NCBI GenBank assembly: GCA_038087875.1
Contig: JAXLNO010000191.1
Location: 1 to 37,211 of the forward strand
Length of the DNA: 37,211 nt
From: Malacoraja senta
Lineage: Eukaryota
Direction of reading: 5' to 3'
The notes beneath the pieces are model-generated. The model made no database searches and was not told where the DNA came from. It saw only the letters and a list, made by a program, of their open reading frames with translations. The position numbers were made by a program, and so were the translations under genes. Position 1 is the stretch's first letter. Every line of letters starts with the position of its first letter. Shown piece after piece: positions 10,808 through 22,083 of this stretch.

Positions 10808-11460
10808 TTAGCTTTCATAGCAAAAGGATTTGAGTATAGGAGCAGGGAGGTTCTACTGCAGTTGTACAGGGTCTTGGTGAGACCACACCTGGAGGATTGC
10901 GTACAGTTTTGGTCTCCAAATCTGAGGAAGGACATTATAGCCATAGAGGGAGTGCAGAGAAGGTTCACCAGACTGATTCCTGGGATGTCAGGACTGTCTT
11001 ATGAAGAAAGACTGGATAGACTTGGCTTATACTCGCTAGAATTTAGGAGATTGAGAGGGGATCTTATAGAAACGTACAAAATTCTTATGGGGTTGGACAG
11101 GCTAGATGCAGGAAGATTGTTCCCGATGTTGGGGAAGTCCAGGACAAGGGGTCACAGCTTAAGGATAAGGGGGAAATCCTTTAAGACCGAGATGAGGAAA
11201 AACTTTTTCACACAGAGAGTGGTGAATCTCTGGAACTCTCTGCCACAGAGGGTAGTTGAGGCCAGTTCATTGGCTATATTTAAGAGGGAGTTAGATGTGG
11301 CCCTTGTGGCTAAAGGGGATCAGGGGGTATGGAGAGAAGGCAGGTACGGGATACTGAGTTGGATGATCAGCCATGATCATATTGAATGGCGGTGCAGGCT
11401 CGAAGGGCCGAATGGCCTACTCCTGCACCTATTCTCTATGTATCTATGTATCTATGTTAT
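10808..11460 (+). mobile_element. CR1-like LINE 3' fragment (ORF2 C-terminus)
   Basis: EYRSREVLLQLYRVLVRPHLEDCVQFWSP...EERLDRLGLYSLEFRRLRGDLIETYKI...FFTQRVVNLWNSLP; inserted in another LINE 3' UTR (about 10700-11535). Confidence 0.92.
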
Positions 11461-11533
11461 GACTGCAAGGTACGCAGTTTCATTCAAACTAAAATTTTGA
11501 ATGACAATGAAGGAAACTCAACTCAACCCAACT

Positions 11534-11680
11534 CATCTATGGAGCGAAGGAAATAGGCAACGTTTCGTCCCGAAACGTTGCCTATTTCCTTCGCTCCATA
11601 GATGCTGCCGCACCCGCTGAGTTCCTCCAGCAATTTTGTCTACCTTCCATTTTCCAGCATCTGCAGTTCCTTCTTGCACA
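11534..11680. mobile_element. Short fold-back Penelope-derived element
   Basis: Near-perfect palindrome catctatggagcgaaggaaataggcaacgtttcg-tcc-cgaaacgttgcctatttccttcgctccatagatg plus 3' end. Confidence 0.78.
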
Positions 11681-11941
11681 ACTCAACTCATATGCTGCTG
11701 CACACAATGTAACTCAAGCCGAAGATAAGACGCAAAGTGCTGGAGCAACTCAGCGTGTCAGGCAGTGTCTCTGTGGACAGGTGTCGGGACCTTTCTCCTT
11801 CTGTCCTTCTCTCCAGAGATGCTGCCTGTCCCGCTGAGTTACTCCAGCATTTTGTGTCCATCTTCGGCCTGAACCGGCATCTGCAGTTCCCCTTTTATCA
11901 CCGATCGAGGAATGAGCCGTCTGTTTTCTCTCCACTTCCAG

Positions 11942-12040
11942 ACCGATTGCTTCAATTACATCCGCTTTCTGCAGAGCTTCAACAGCACTCACCTGTACAC
12001 CTGTGGCACCTATGCCTTCCAGCCCAGATGCACCTATATC
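11942..12040 (+). CDS. sema4c: Semaphorin-4C-like exon C
   Basis: ttccAG / GTaagt; 99 nt; [33 protein letters not shown], the Sema HLYxCGTxAFxPxC motif. Confidence 0.97.
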
Positions 12041-12596
12041 GTAAGTACCCTCAAGAATGCTGCGCCGTGGCAAAGAGCCATGCCCTTCCTCCCCTCGTGC
12101 AGGAGTCGTAGAGTGATACAGCGTGGAAACAGGCCCTTCGGCCCAACTTGCCCACACCGGCCCTGCTGCACTCGTCCCACCTGCCCGCGTTTGGTCCACA
12201 CCTGTCCCGCCCACGTACCTGTCCAACTGCAAAGTTACGAGTTGTTGTTTTCCAGCCTTGTTCCCACCCGCACCTCTCCTCTGCTCCCAACGTTCCTCTC
12301 CTCTGCTCCCAACGTTCCTTCAGACATTCCCTCTGGACCAACATCTTTCCTGTCCTGCCCCAGTGCGGGCAGAACGGGAGACTGGATATTGTGGGAACAC
12401 CGGCCATTATTAGCCTCACCAGCTTGTGGTCCATTCTAGAGAACTAAGGAAAATATAGAGAAGGGTCTCGACCTGAAACGTCTAGAGATGCTGCCTCTCT
12501 AGAGATGCTGCCTGTCCCGCTGAGTTACTCCAGCTTTTTGTGTCTATCTTCGGTTTAAACCAGCATCTGCAGTTCCTGCCGACACAAAACATAGAG

Positions 12597-12880
12597 CTAG
12601 TTTGTTTAGCGATACAGCGCAGAAACAGGCCCGCCGAGTCCGGGACGACCAGCGATCCCCGCACATTGCACGCACGAGGGACAATTTACAATTTTAACGA
12701 AGCCAATTAACCTACAAACATGCACGTCTTTGGAGTGTGGGAGGAAACCGGAGCACCCGGAAAAAACCCACACGGTCACGGGGAGAACGCACAAACTCCG
12801 TACAGACAGCACCCGTAGTCTGGATTGAACCCGGGTCTCTGGCGCTGTAAGGCAGCAACTCTACCGCTGCGCCACCGTGG
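12597..12880 (-). mobile_element. HE1-like V-SINE
   Basis: Near full-length head, V-domain and tail. Confidence 0.85.
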
Positions 12881-13139
12881 CTCATGACAATAATGAATCT
12901 AAATGTAACGTTTGAGGCTCAGTTTGCCTTTCCTACCACTGGATTCCGACTTCCTTCCTTGCTTCCAATGATACAATAGTTGTGCTGTCTCAGTTTCCTC
13001 AGAGCTGTCTCCAGCCTTGTGCCAGCTCGATGCATTCTGCCCCAGGGCTGTACACACTCCACAAGTAGTTTTGTTGTTCCCATCGTCTCTAAGACGGTCT
13101 GTGGAATCCCTGGCACTGTTGAAGTGTGCAGACTTATAA

Positions 13140-13390
13140 AGAATTCCACAGATTCACAACTCTCTGGGTGAGAATGTTTTTCCTCATCTCAGTCCTAAAT
13201 GGCCTACCCCTTATTTTTAAACTGTGTGACCCCTGGTTCGGGACTCCCCAACATCAGGAACATTTTTCCTGCTTCTAGCCTGTCCAATCCCTTAAGAATT
13301 TTATATGTTTCTATAAGATCCCTTCTCATCCTAAATTCCAGTGAATACAAGCCCAGTCAACCCATTCTTTCATCATATGTCAATCCCGCT
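13140..13390 (-). mobile_element. CR1-like LINE fragment
   Basis: gaattccacagattcacaactctctgggtg ... reverse complement of the CR1 ORF2 end. Confidence 0.8.
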
Positions 13391-13961
13391 AGTGTGCAGA
13401 CGATTGTTGATGGGCCAAAGGGCCTGTTTCCATGCTGTATCACACAACTAAACTACTCGACAACTCCGCGCTCACAGCGTTCCAGAGAGGAGAATTCCAA
13501 CGATTCACCTCCCTCTGCCCAAAGGGGTTACTTCTCATCTCAGTCCCGAATATGCAACTCCTTATTTTAAGACTATAATCCTTGATTCCAGACACCCAGT
13601 CAGGGGGAAATGTTATCTCTGCATCAACGAAGCTAAGCCTCGTAAGAATGCTGTATGTTTCAATGAGATCGTTTCTCATTCTAAATCGGGTCTGTGGGTC
13701 CACACTGCTTAGAGGTTTCGATCCGAAACCTCACCCATTCCTTCTCTCCAGAGATGCTGCCTGTCCCGCTGAGTTACTCCAGCATTTTGTGTCTATCTTC
13801 TGTTCAGCCTTTCCTGTACAAGAAGGAACTTTCCAACTTGGGAATCAGCCCGGTGAATCTTTGCTCCGTCTATCACGAGTGTATCCTTTTCTGGAGAATG
13901 ATGGGGGAAATCTTATTCAAATGTACCAGATCCCAAGGTGGCTTGACAGGATAGATGTTGG

Positions 13962-14162
13962 TACACAAAAATGCTGGCGAAACTCAGCGGGTGCAGCAGC
14001 ATCTATGGAGCGAAGGAAATAGGCAACGTTTCGGGCCGAAACCCTTCTTCAGACCCGAAACGTTGCCTATTTCCTTCGCTCCATAGATGCTGCTGCACCC
14101 GCTGAGTTTCTCCAGCACTTTTGTCTACCTTCGATTTTCCAGCATCTGCAGTTCCTTCTTAA
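13962..14162. mobile_element. Short fold-back Penelope-derived element
   Basis: Inverted arms of about 73 bp (13962-14035 / 14054-14126); 16-bp TSD acaggatagatgttgg (13946-61, 14163-78). Confidence 0.85.
14022..14056 (-). ncRNA. Minimal type I hammerhead ribozyme motif (Penelope-type), intact core
   Basis: Minus strand reads gggu-CUGAAGA-a-GGG uuucgg CCC-GAAAC-GUU-gcc: conserved core, stem II, palindromic AACGUU stem III, short stem I ggu/gcc. Confidence 0.72.
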
Positions 14163-14202
14163 ACAGGATAGATGTTGGGATGTTTTCATTTTGGGGGGGG
14201 GG

Positions 14203-14510
14203 GGGGCAGCACAGTGGTGCAACGGCAGAGTTCCTGCTTTCCAGCGCCAGAGACCCGGATTCGATCCTGACTATAGATGCTGCCTGTACAGAGTTTGTAC
14301 CTTCTCCCCGTGACCTCGTGGGTTTTCTCCGGGTGCTCCAGTTTCCTCCCACACTCCGAAGACGTACAGGTTTGTAGGTTAATTGACTTCGGTAAAATTG
14401 TAAATTGTCCCTAGCGTGGCGGATAAGACTGGTGTACGGGGGGGTCGCTGGTCGGCGCGGACGCAGTGAGCCAAAAGGCCTGTTTCCACTCTGTATCACT
14501 AAACTAAACA
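14203..14510 (+). mobile_element. HE1-like V-SINE
   Basis: Near full-length. Confidence 0.85.
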
Positions 14511-14563
14511 AAATAAAATAAACGAAACAATGGCCGCGTAATATGAGGCCGGTCAGTTAAACT

Positions 14564-14681
14564 GCGGTGATTCCAAGATGGAGTCCAACCCAAGCGGTGA
14601 TTCCAAGATGGAGTCCAACCCAAGCGGTGATTCCAAGATGGAGTCCAACCCAAGCGGTGATTCCAAGATGGCGTCCAACCC
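14564..14681. repeat. 30-bp tandem repeat, about 4 copies
   Basis: Unit gcggtgattccaagatggagtccaacccaa. Confidence 0.95.
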
Positions 14682-15203
14682 GTCTGCACGCGACTATTTG
14701 CGTGCAGAAGCCACAGAAGCAGATCTACATTCACATATTACATTTGCTTCTCACTTTTAAATCTCTATACCCCGACAGCAGCATTTCCCTTATCATGTAT
14801 CATCTACACACTGTAAATGGCTCGATTGTAATCATATACGGTCTTTCCGCTGACTGGTTAGCACGCAACAAAAAAGCTTTTCACTGGTACAATAAACTGA
14901 ACTGTGTGTATAGGGTAATGGATCTCTGGAATTCTCTGCCCCCCCCCCCCCCGAGGGTGGTGCAGGATTCATTCGATGTATTTAAGGTGGAGGTAGGTAA
15001 ATAATTGAAAGATCGAGGGATTTTGGCTACGGAGATCTGATGCAGAAGAGGAGTTCAGCATAAATCAGCCATGATTGTTGAATGACAGGGTAGGCTAAAG
15101 GGGCAGAGTGGCCTTCCCCTGCTCCTACCTTCTTCAGTAAGGAGACCAGGTGGGACACAGTATTCCCAATGAACTTCCACCACTGCTCCACTGTCAGCAA
15201 GAT

Positions 15204-15462
15204 GTTTAGTTTAGTTTAGAGAGATACAGCGCAGAAACAGGCCCTTTGGCCCACCACACTAACACTATCCTACACACCCACGAGGGACAATTGACACTTA
15301 CACCAAGCAAATTAACCTATAAACCTGTACGTCTTTGGAGTGTGGGAGGAAATCGAAGATCTCGGGGAAAACTCACGGGGAGAACGTACAAACTCCGTAC
15401 AGAGAGCGCCCGTAGTCGGGATCGAACCCGGGTCTCCGGCGCTGCATTCGCTGTAAGGCAGC
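15204..15462 (-). mobile_element. HE1-like V-SINE
   Basis: V-domain and tail. Confidence 0.82.
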
Positions 15463-15677
15463 ACTTCAGTTGTTCCCTCGGTAACTGTTCAATAAACAAT
15501 CTTGTGGGGGAACGACTGAGGCGTTTCCTGTTGTACTTATACTAAAGATAGATACAAAATGCTGGAGTAACTCTGTGGGACAGGCAGCGTCTCTGAATAA
15601 AAGGAATGGGTGACGTTTCATGCCGAGACCCTTCCCTAAACTTACTCTAAACCTTTATTTTCCCTTCTTTCTTCTAG

Positions 15678-15774
15678 GACGTGCAAAATTTTACTTTGAA
15701 CAAGGCAGCCATGGAGGGCGGGAAGGGAAAGTGTCCCTACGACCCTGCCAAAGGTCACACCGGCCTGATTGTGG
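15678..15774 (+). CDS. sema4c: Semaphorin-4C-like exon D (absent from the ORF track)
   Basis: ttctAG / GTgagt; 97 nt; [32 protein letters not shown], with the GKGKCPYDP motif. Confidence 0.96.
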
Positions 15775-15928
15775 GTGAGTACCTGGATCCCAAACTAACA
15801 ATCCCTTCGCAAGCCGGCATTCCACCAAAAAGAAAACACAATGTGCTGGAGTAACTCGGTGGGTCAGGCAGCATCATTGAAGGGCATGTATTGGTGGCGT
15901 ATCAGGTCACTTTTTACTTTTAGATACT

Positions 15929-16230
15929 AGATTTAATTTTAGAGATGCAGCGTGGAAACGGAGCCTTCACCCCACCAAGTCGGCATCGACCAGCGATCAC
16001 CCCGTACACTAGCACTATTCCACACACGGGGGACAATGTACCGAAGCCAATTAACCTGCAAACCTGCACGTCTTTGGAGCGTGGTGGGAAACCGGAGCAC
16101 CCAGAGAAAACCCACGCGGTCACGGGGAGAACGTGCAAACTCCATACGGGCAGCACCCATGGTCAGGATCGAACCCGGGTCTCTGCCGCTGTAAGGCAGC
16201 AACTCCACCGCTGCGCCACCGTGCCGCCCC
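15929..16230 (-). mobile_element. HE1-like V-SINE
   Basis: Full-length. Confidence 0.87.
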
Positions 16231-16639
16231 AACACAAATGGCAGATAATGTGTTTAATTTGTAAACGACAGTCCCTTCACTGCTTTGCCACTCTGCTGCC
16301 TCTTCTTCAGACCTATCAGCCTGAAGAAGGGTCCCGACCTGAACCGACACCTCTCCACGTTCTCCAGCGATGCTGCCTGCCAGACAGAATTACTCCAGCA
16401 CTCAGTGTGGTTTTTTTGTGTGTAAACCAGCATCTGCAGTTACTTGTATCTACATCTAGACCAGGGCGGCCATTTTGTTCAGCCTCTTGCCCCATCCTCG
16501 ACGTATTAAAAACATCAATAGTTTGAATTTGCTCAACTGAGGTAAAAGTCATGACACAAAACTTCTCAAAGAGTTACTCAGCGGGACAGGCAGCATCTCT
16601 GAACAGAAGGGATGGGTGACGTTTCGGGTCATAACGTCT

Positions 16640-16915
16640 TAAGTGATAGGAGTAGAATGAGGCCATTTGGCCCATCAAGTCCACTCCACCATTCAATCAT
16701 GGCTGATCTATCTCTCCATCCTAACCCCATTCTCCTGCCTTCTCCCCATAACCCTCTGACACCCGTACTAATCAAGAACCTATCTATCTCTGCCTTAAAA
16801 ATATCCACTGACTTGGCCTCCACAGCCTTCTGTGACAGAGAATTCCGCAGATTCACCACCCTCTGACTAAAGAAATGTCTCCTCATCTCCTTCCTAAAAG
16901 AACGTCCTTTAATTC
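16640..16915 (-). mobile_element. CR1-like LINE 3' fragment
   Basis: MRRHFFSQRVVNLRNSLSQKAVEAKSVDIFKAEIDRFL. Confidence 0.85.
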
Positions 16916-17729
16916 TGATGCTTCAGACCTGAAGAAGGGTCTCGAACCGGAACGTCGCCCATTCCTTCTCTCCAGAGATGCTGCCCGTCCCGCTGAGTTA
17001 CTCCAGGATTTAGTATGTATCCGCGGTGTACACCATCATCTGTAGTTCCTCCCCATACACAAGTTCCAGTTTCTGTGCCTTTGTGTACAAAACAGACACA
17101 TATTGTGGCTTGGCAAATGACAAAAGGGACCACATGCAGGACTGGATTGATTAACTCCTGAAACCCGAAACTTTTGAGTGCGAAAAAAAGAATAATGGTT
17201 CTGCTGTGTTCTGTTTGTTTTTTGTTCAAGCTCAATTAAGATGCTTTGATTTCCCTGAAAGCTAATTGCATCACCCTGTGGGGTATGGTGTGATTCAGTC
17301 CAGAGGTCCTGTCCTCCAATCTGCCTTTGTTTTCGTGCCGAAGATTAGACACAAAAAGCTGGAGTAACTCAACGGGTCCGACGGCACCTCCCGGAGACAA
17401 GGAAAGTTTCGGGTCGAGACCCTTGCGTTCATGCCGTTGGCTTCTGAAGGGGTGGGGAAGGTGGGAGGGGCAGCAGTGAGCCCGGGCGATAGTTTCTATG
17501 CAGTGGGTCTCCGTGATTCGAGGCAGAGAATTGCCGGGACTTTGGTCAGGGAGCCACACGGCACGGCAACAGGCCCTTCGGCCCAGCTTGTCCAAGATGA
17601 CCCATCTGCCCACACTTGCCCTATACCTCTAAACCTTTCCCTATCCCGGGAAAGCATCCAAATGTCTTGAAAGGGAAAAGAGAGATATAGACGGTGATAT
17701 ATAGAGAGATATAGAACAAACTGATGAAA

Positions 17730-17996
17730 GATAGAACGGAGATGAGGAAAAACTTTTTCACCCAGAGAGTTGTGAATCTGTGGAATTCTCTGCCACAGAA
17801 GGCAGTGGAGGCCAATTCACTGGATGTATTCAAGAGAGAGTTAGATTTAGCTTTTGGCGCTAACAGAATCAAGAGATATGGGGAGAAAGCAGGAACGGAG
17901 TGCTGGTTGTGGATGATCAGCCATGATCATATTGAATGGCGATGCTGGCTCGAAGGGCTGAATGGCCTACTCCTGCATCTATTTTCTATGTTTCTA
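17730..17996 (+). mobile_element. CR1-like LINE 3' fragment
   Basis: RTEMRKNFFTQRVVNLWNSLPQKAVEA plus tail. Confidence 0.85.
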
Positions 17997-18116
17997 CCAT
18001 GCGTTAATAGTTTCAAGAGAGAACGGAGATCTTTGTATTGAGCATGAACGTGAAACCCAGTGACTTAGCACAGGAGGCAAGGTACGAGGGGTTTAAATCA
18101 GTGTCTAAGGCAGCGA

Positions 18117-18925
18117 TAGACACAAAATGCTGGAGTAACTCAGCGGGTCAGGCAGCATCTCTGGAGAGAAGGAATAGGTGGCGTTTTGGGTCGAGACCCT
18201 TCTTCAGACTGAGAATCAGGGGAGAGGGAAACTAAAGGTATGAAGAGGTACAAAGAACAAATGAATGAAAGGTAAAGAGCAAATCAAAGCCAGCAACGGT
18301 GATCAAGCAAAGGTGGAGCCCACAATGGTCCATTGTTGGCTGTGGAAACGGTGATAATGAGTAGATACAAAGAGTGAAACTAAGCAGGACGGCAGTGAAA
18401 CTAGTCGGACGATTAGCAGCGCTGCAAACTCTCACGCATAGAGCGTGAGACTCACGCATTTCACGCAATTCTCACGCTCTCACGCTGATCACAGAATTTG
18501 ACGTCTTCAGTTGTCGCCGACAGGGTCGAAGCTTGTCGTATCTTGTCGCGAGCGGACGTAAGTTGACTTCGGTTGTCGTAGCTTTTCACCTGTGTGGACG
18601 TAGGTTGTCGTGGGTGTGGTCCTAGGTGTGGTCGTAGGTGGACGTCCCAACTCGCGAGGAATTGTGTCACCGGTCGACGTAGCTTGTCGCAGACATTGTC
18701 GTAGGTTGGGTCCAGATTTCTCAACTCTCACCCAATGTTGGCAGCCCTGACGATTAGGGTGGGGGAGGGACGGAGAGAGAGAGGGGATGCAAGGGTTACT
18801 TGAAATTAGACAAGTCAAGGTTCGTAGCGCTGGGTTGTAAGCTGCCCAAGCGAAATATGAGGTGCTGTTCCTCCAATTTGTGTGTGGCCTCGCTTTGACT
18901 GTGGAGGAGGCCGAGGATGAAGGCA
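18117..18925 (-). mobile_element. Penelope-like 3' fragment interrupted by the hAT MITE
   Basis: Reverse strand of about 18800-18900 encodes a LEEQHLIFRLGSLQP-like peptide; 3' module at 18117-18210. Confidence 0.8.
18417..18749. mobile_element. hAT-type MITE
   Basis: 8-bp TSD acgattag (18409-16, 18750-57); ends CAGCGCTGCAAAC ... GTTGGCAGCCCTG; subterminal ctcacgc repeats; splits a Penelope fragment. Confidence 0.82.
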
Positions 18926-18987
18926 GGGGTTAGAGAATACTGGAGTAACTCAGCGGGACAGGCAGCCCCTCTGGAGAGAAGGAATGG

Positions 18988-19020
18988 GGTGACGTTTCGG
19001 GTCGAGTCCCTTCTTCAGGC
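18988..19020 (-). ncRNA. Minimal hammerhead-like motif, near intact
   Basis: Minus strand: CUGAAGA-a-GGG acucga CCC-GAAAC-GUC-acc; stem I weak. Confidence 0.55.
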
Positions 19021-19561
19021 CCCAGCTCAGCTTGTCGCTGTTGCCTGCCTCACGGTGAGAGGATCAAGAGGCGGGGGAATAGGGGCCACTGACACTCGCG
19101 AGGGGGAACGGTTTGCACTGGCAGTGTGGTAGTGTTTATGTTGGAGTTATCCTGTCTGCCAGCTCCCGTTCCACTTGATTACCGCTGTAAGCTGACCTGT
19201 GCAAACAATCGCTGCACTTTCCTAACACCCTTCCCTCCCTCCCATCCACCCCCCACTCCCGACTCACCCTCCCCTCCTAAATCTTCCCTGTACACAAAGC
19301 CCCACTGACGGGAATAAATCAGCCAGCGTCGCTCCACGATTTCGTCCGCATCAGCATAATGACCACGGGTGCCGTTAGAAAGGCCATTATTTATTGCCTG
19401 ATGCTAATTGCCTCGAGAAAATGGTGTTACCTCATTGAAACTCTGCGATCCCAACTTAAATAGTCATCACATTGAACACAGAACAAGAGTGGAGCATAGG
19501 GAAGGCCAGTATTTATTGGCCAATGCTAATTGCCGTCGAGAAAATGGCGAGTTACCTCATA

Positions 19562-20047
19562 GGGCGGCACGGTGGCGCAGCGGTAGAGTTGCTGCCTTGC
19601 AGCGCTAGAGTCCCGGGTTCGATCCCGACTAAGGGGACTGTCTGTACCTTCTAACCCATGACCGCGTGGCTTTTCTCCGCGATCTTCTGTTTTACTCCCA
19701 CAGTGCAAAGACGTGCAGGTTTGCAGTTTAATTGGCTTGGTATAAAATGTAAATTGTCTCTAGTGTGTGTCGGGTAGCGTTAAGGGCCTTTCTCCCTTTT
19801 GCGTCATTTGCGCGTCACACAGATGGCGCGCGAAGATTTTGTACATCCCAAAATCCTAGGGCCACTGCCTACGTCACCACGCACCATCACGCGCGCGGCA
19901 CGACGCGTAAATGACGTCGCGTAAATTACGCGCAAATGACGCCCAAGTGGGACAGGCCCTTTAGTGTGCGGGGATCGCTGGCCGGTCCAGACTCGGCGGG
20001 ACGAAGGGCCTGTTTCCACGCTGTATCTCTAAACTAAACTGAACTAA
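19562..20047 (+). mobile_element. HE1-like V-SINE interrupted by a MITE
   Basis: A/B boxes, V-domain, tail. Confidence 0.87.
19783..19960. mobile_element. PIF/Harbinger-type MITE (interior type 3, CpG-rich)
   Basis: Degraded left TIR, intact right TIR, TTA TSD, inserted in a SINE 3' half. Confidence 0.8.
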
Positions 20048-20419
20048 CCCATTGCATTCCCAACTTAAATAGTAATCACATTGAACATAGTACAAAGCAC
20101 TGCATAGGAAAGGCCAGTAGTAATTGTCCATTCCTAATTGCTCTCGTGAAACGCTGCAGCCCCTTCTTCAATACCAACCATAGATAGACACAGCGGGTCA
20201 GGCAGCATCTCTGGAGAAAAGGAATAGGTGATGTTTCAGGTCGAGACCCTTCTTTAGACTGAGAGTTGGGGCGAGGGAACCTATAGGTATGAAAAACTAC
20301 TGACACTCAGACGGCTGTGGAGGCCAAGTCAATGGATATTTATAAGGCCGAGATTGACAGAGTATTGTTGTATATGGTACTGGTGTCAGGGGTTATGTGT
20401 GGGGAGAAGGTAGGAGAAT

Positions 20420-20747
20420 GGGTGGTCACGGTGGCGCAGTGGTAGAGTTGCTGCCTTACAGCGAGTGCAGTGCCGAAGACACGGGTTCGATCCCGACTAC
20501 GGGTGCTGTCTGTACGGAGTTTGTACGTTCTCCCAGTAACCAGTGTGAGTTTTCACCGAGATCTTCGGTTTCCACCCACACTCCAAAGACGTGCAGGTTT
20601 GTAGGCTAAATGGCTTTGTAATTGTAAAAATTGTCCCTGGTGGGTGTAGGATGGTATTAATGTGCAGGGATCGCTGGTCGGCGCGGACCTGGTGGGCCGA
20701 AGGGCCTGTTTCCGTGCTTTATCTCTAAACTAAACTAAACTAAACTA
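20420..20747 (+). mobile_element. HE1-like V-SINE inserted in a CR1 tail
   Basis: Full-length; aatggg on both sides; CR1 sequence continues across it. Confidence 0.87.
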
Positions 20748-20915
20748 ATGGGGTTGAGAGGGAGAGATGATCGGCCATGATAGAATGGCGGGGTCGACTT
20801 GATGGGCCGAATGGCCAAATTCTGCTCCTGTAGCTTATGAACATGTCAGCACTGATGAAGTGTGTGATCTCGACGGTGAAAATGTGATCAGTTCTGTTCT
20901 GTGTTTGTCCACCAG

Positions 20916-21032
20916 ATGGTGAGTTGTACTCCGCAACGCTGAACGACTTTCTTGGCACCGAGCCGGTCATTCTGCGCAACCTGGGACTTCGCTACTCAAT
21001 GAAGACCGAATACCTCGCCACCTGGCTGAACG
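20916..21032 (+). CDS. sema4c: Semaphorin-4C-like exon E
   Basis: accAG / GTaacg; 117 nt; (D)[38 protein letters not shown]. Confidence 0.96.
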
Positions 21033-21094
21033 GTAACGACATAAAATACTTCACTTTCTGTAAATCTCTTGCTGATCATCAATGGATATGTCGA

Positions 21095-21526
21095 TGGAAT
21101 GGAGCGGCTGGGTTTGCATACACTGGAATTTAGAAGGATGAGAGGAAATCTTATTGAAACACATATGGGATTATTAAGCGTTTGGACACGCTAGAGGCAG
21201 GAAACATGTTCCCGATGTTGGGGGAGCCCAGAACCAGGAGCCACAGTTGAAGAATAAGGGGTCAGCCATTTAGAACGGAGATGAGGATTCACAACCCAGG
21301 GAGTTGTGAATCTGTGAAATTCCCTGCCACAGAAGGCAGTGGAGGCCAATTCACTGGATGTTTTCAAGAGAGAGTTAGCTCTTCAGACTAACAGAATCAA
21401 GACATATGGGGAGAAAGCAGGAACGGGGTACTGATTGTGGATGATCAGCCATGATCATATTGAATGGCGGTGCTGGCTCGAAGGGCCGAATGGCCTGCTC
21501 CTGCACCTATTTTCTATCTGTTTCTA
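21095..21526 (+). mobile_element. CR1-like LINE 3' fragment
   Basis: Same subfamily motifs (ggacacgctagaggcaggaaacatgttcccg ... ctcgaagggccgaatggcc). Confidence 0.85.
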
Positions 21527-21570
21527 CTTTCATTGTCACTTGTGGCAAATCACAGTGAGATGCTTTGTTC

Positions 21571-22083
21571 TGCGTACCGAGGCCTAGGTTGGAGGTGTGC
21601 GTACCGAGGCCTAGGTTGGAGGTGTGCGTACCGAGGCCTAGGTTGGAGGTGTGCGTACCGAGGCCTAGGTTGGAGGTGTGCGTACCGAGGTCTAGGTTGG
21701 AGGTGTGCGTACCGAGGCCTAGGTTGGAGGTGTGCGTACCGAGGCCTAGGTTGGAGGTGTGCGTACCGAGGTCTAGGTTGGAGGTGTGCGTACCGAGGCC
21801 TAGGTTGGAGGTGTGCGTACCGAGGCCTAGGTTGGAGGTTTGCGTACCGAGGCCTAGGTTGGAGGTGTGCGTACCGAGGCCTAGGTTGGAAGTGTGCGTA
21901 CCGAGGCCTAGGTTGGAGGTGTGCGTACCGAGGCCTAGGTTGGAGGTGTGCGTATCGAGGCCTAGGTTGGAGGTGTGCGTACCGAGGCCTAGGTTGGAGG
22001 TTTGCGTACCGAGGCCTAGGTTGGAAGTGTGCGTACCGAGGCCTAGGTTGGAGGTGTGCGTACCGAGGCCTAGGTTGGAGGTG
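21571..22083. repeat. 27-bp minisatellite, 19 copies
   Basis: Unit tgcgtaccgaggcctaggttggaggtg, nearly homogeneous. Confidence 0.97.

Noticed and set aside
10757..11500. 247-aa ORF as a host gene
   Set aside because: It is the C-terminal part of a 5'-truncated CR1 ORF2, lacking the RT core and frameshifted at the end
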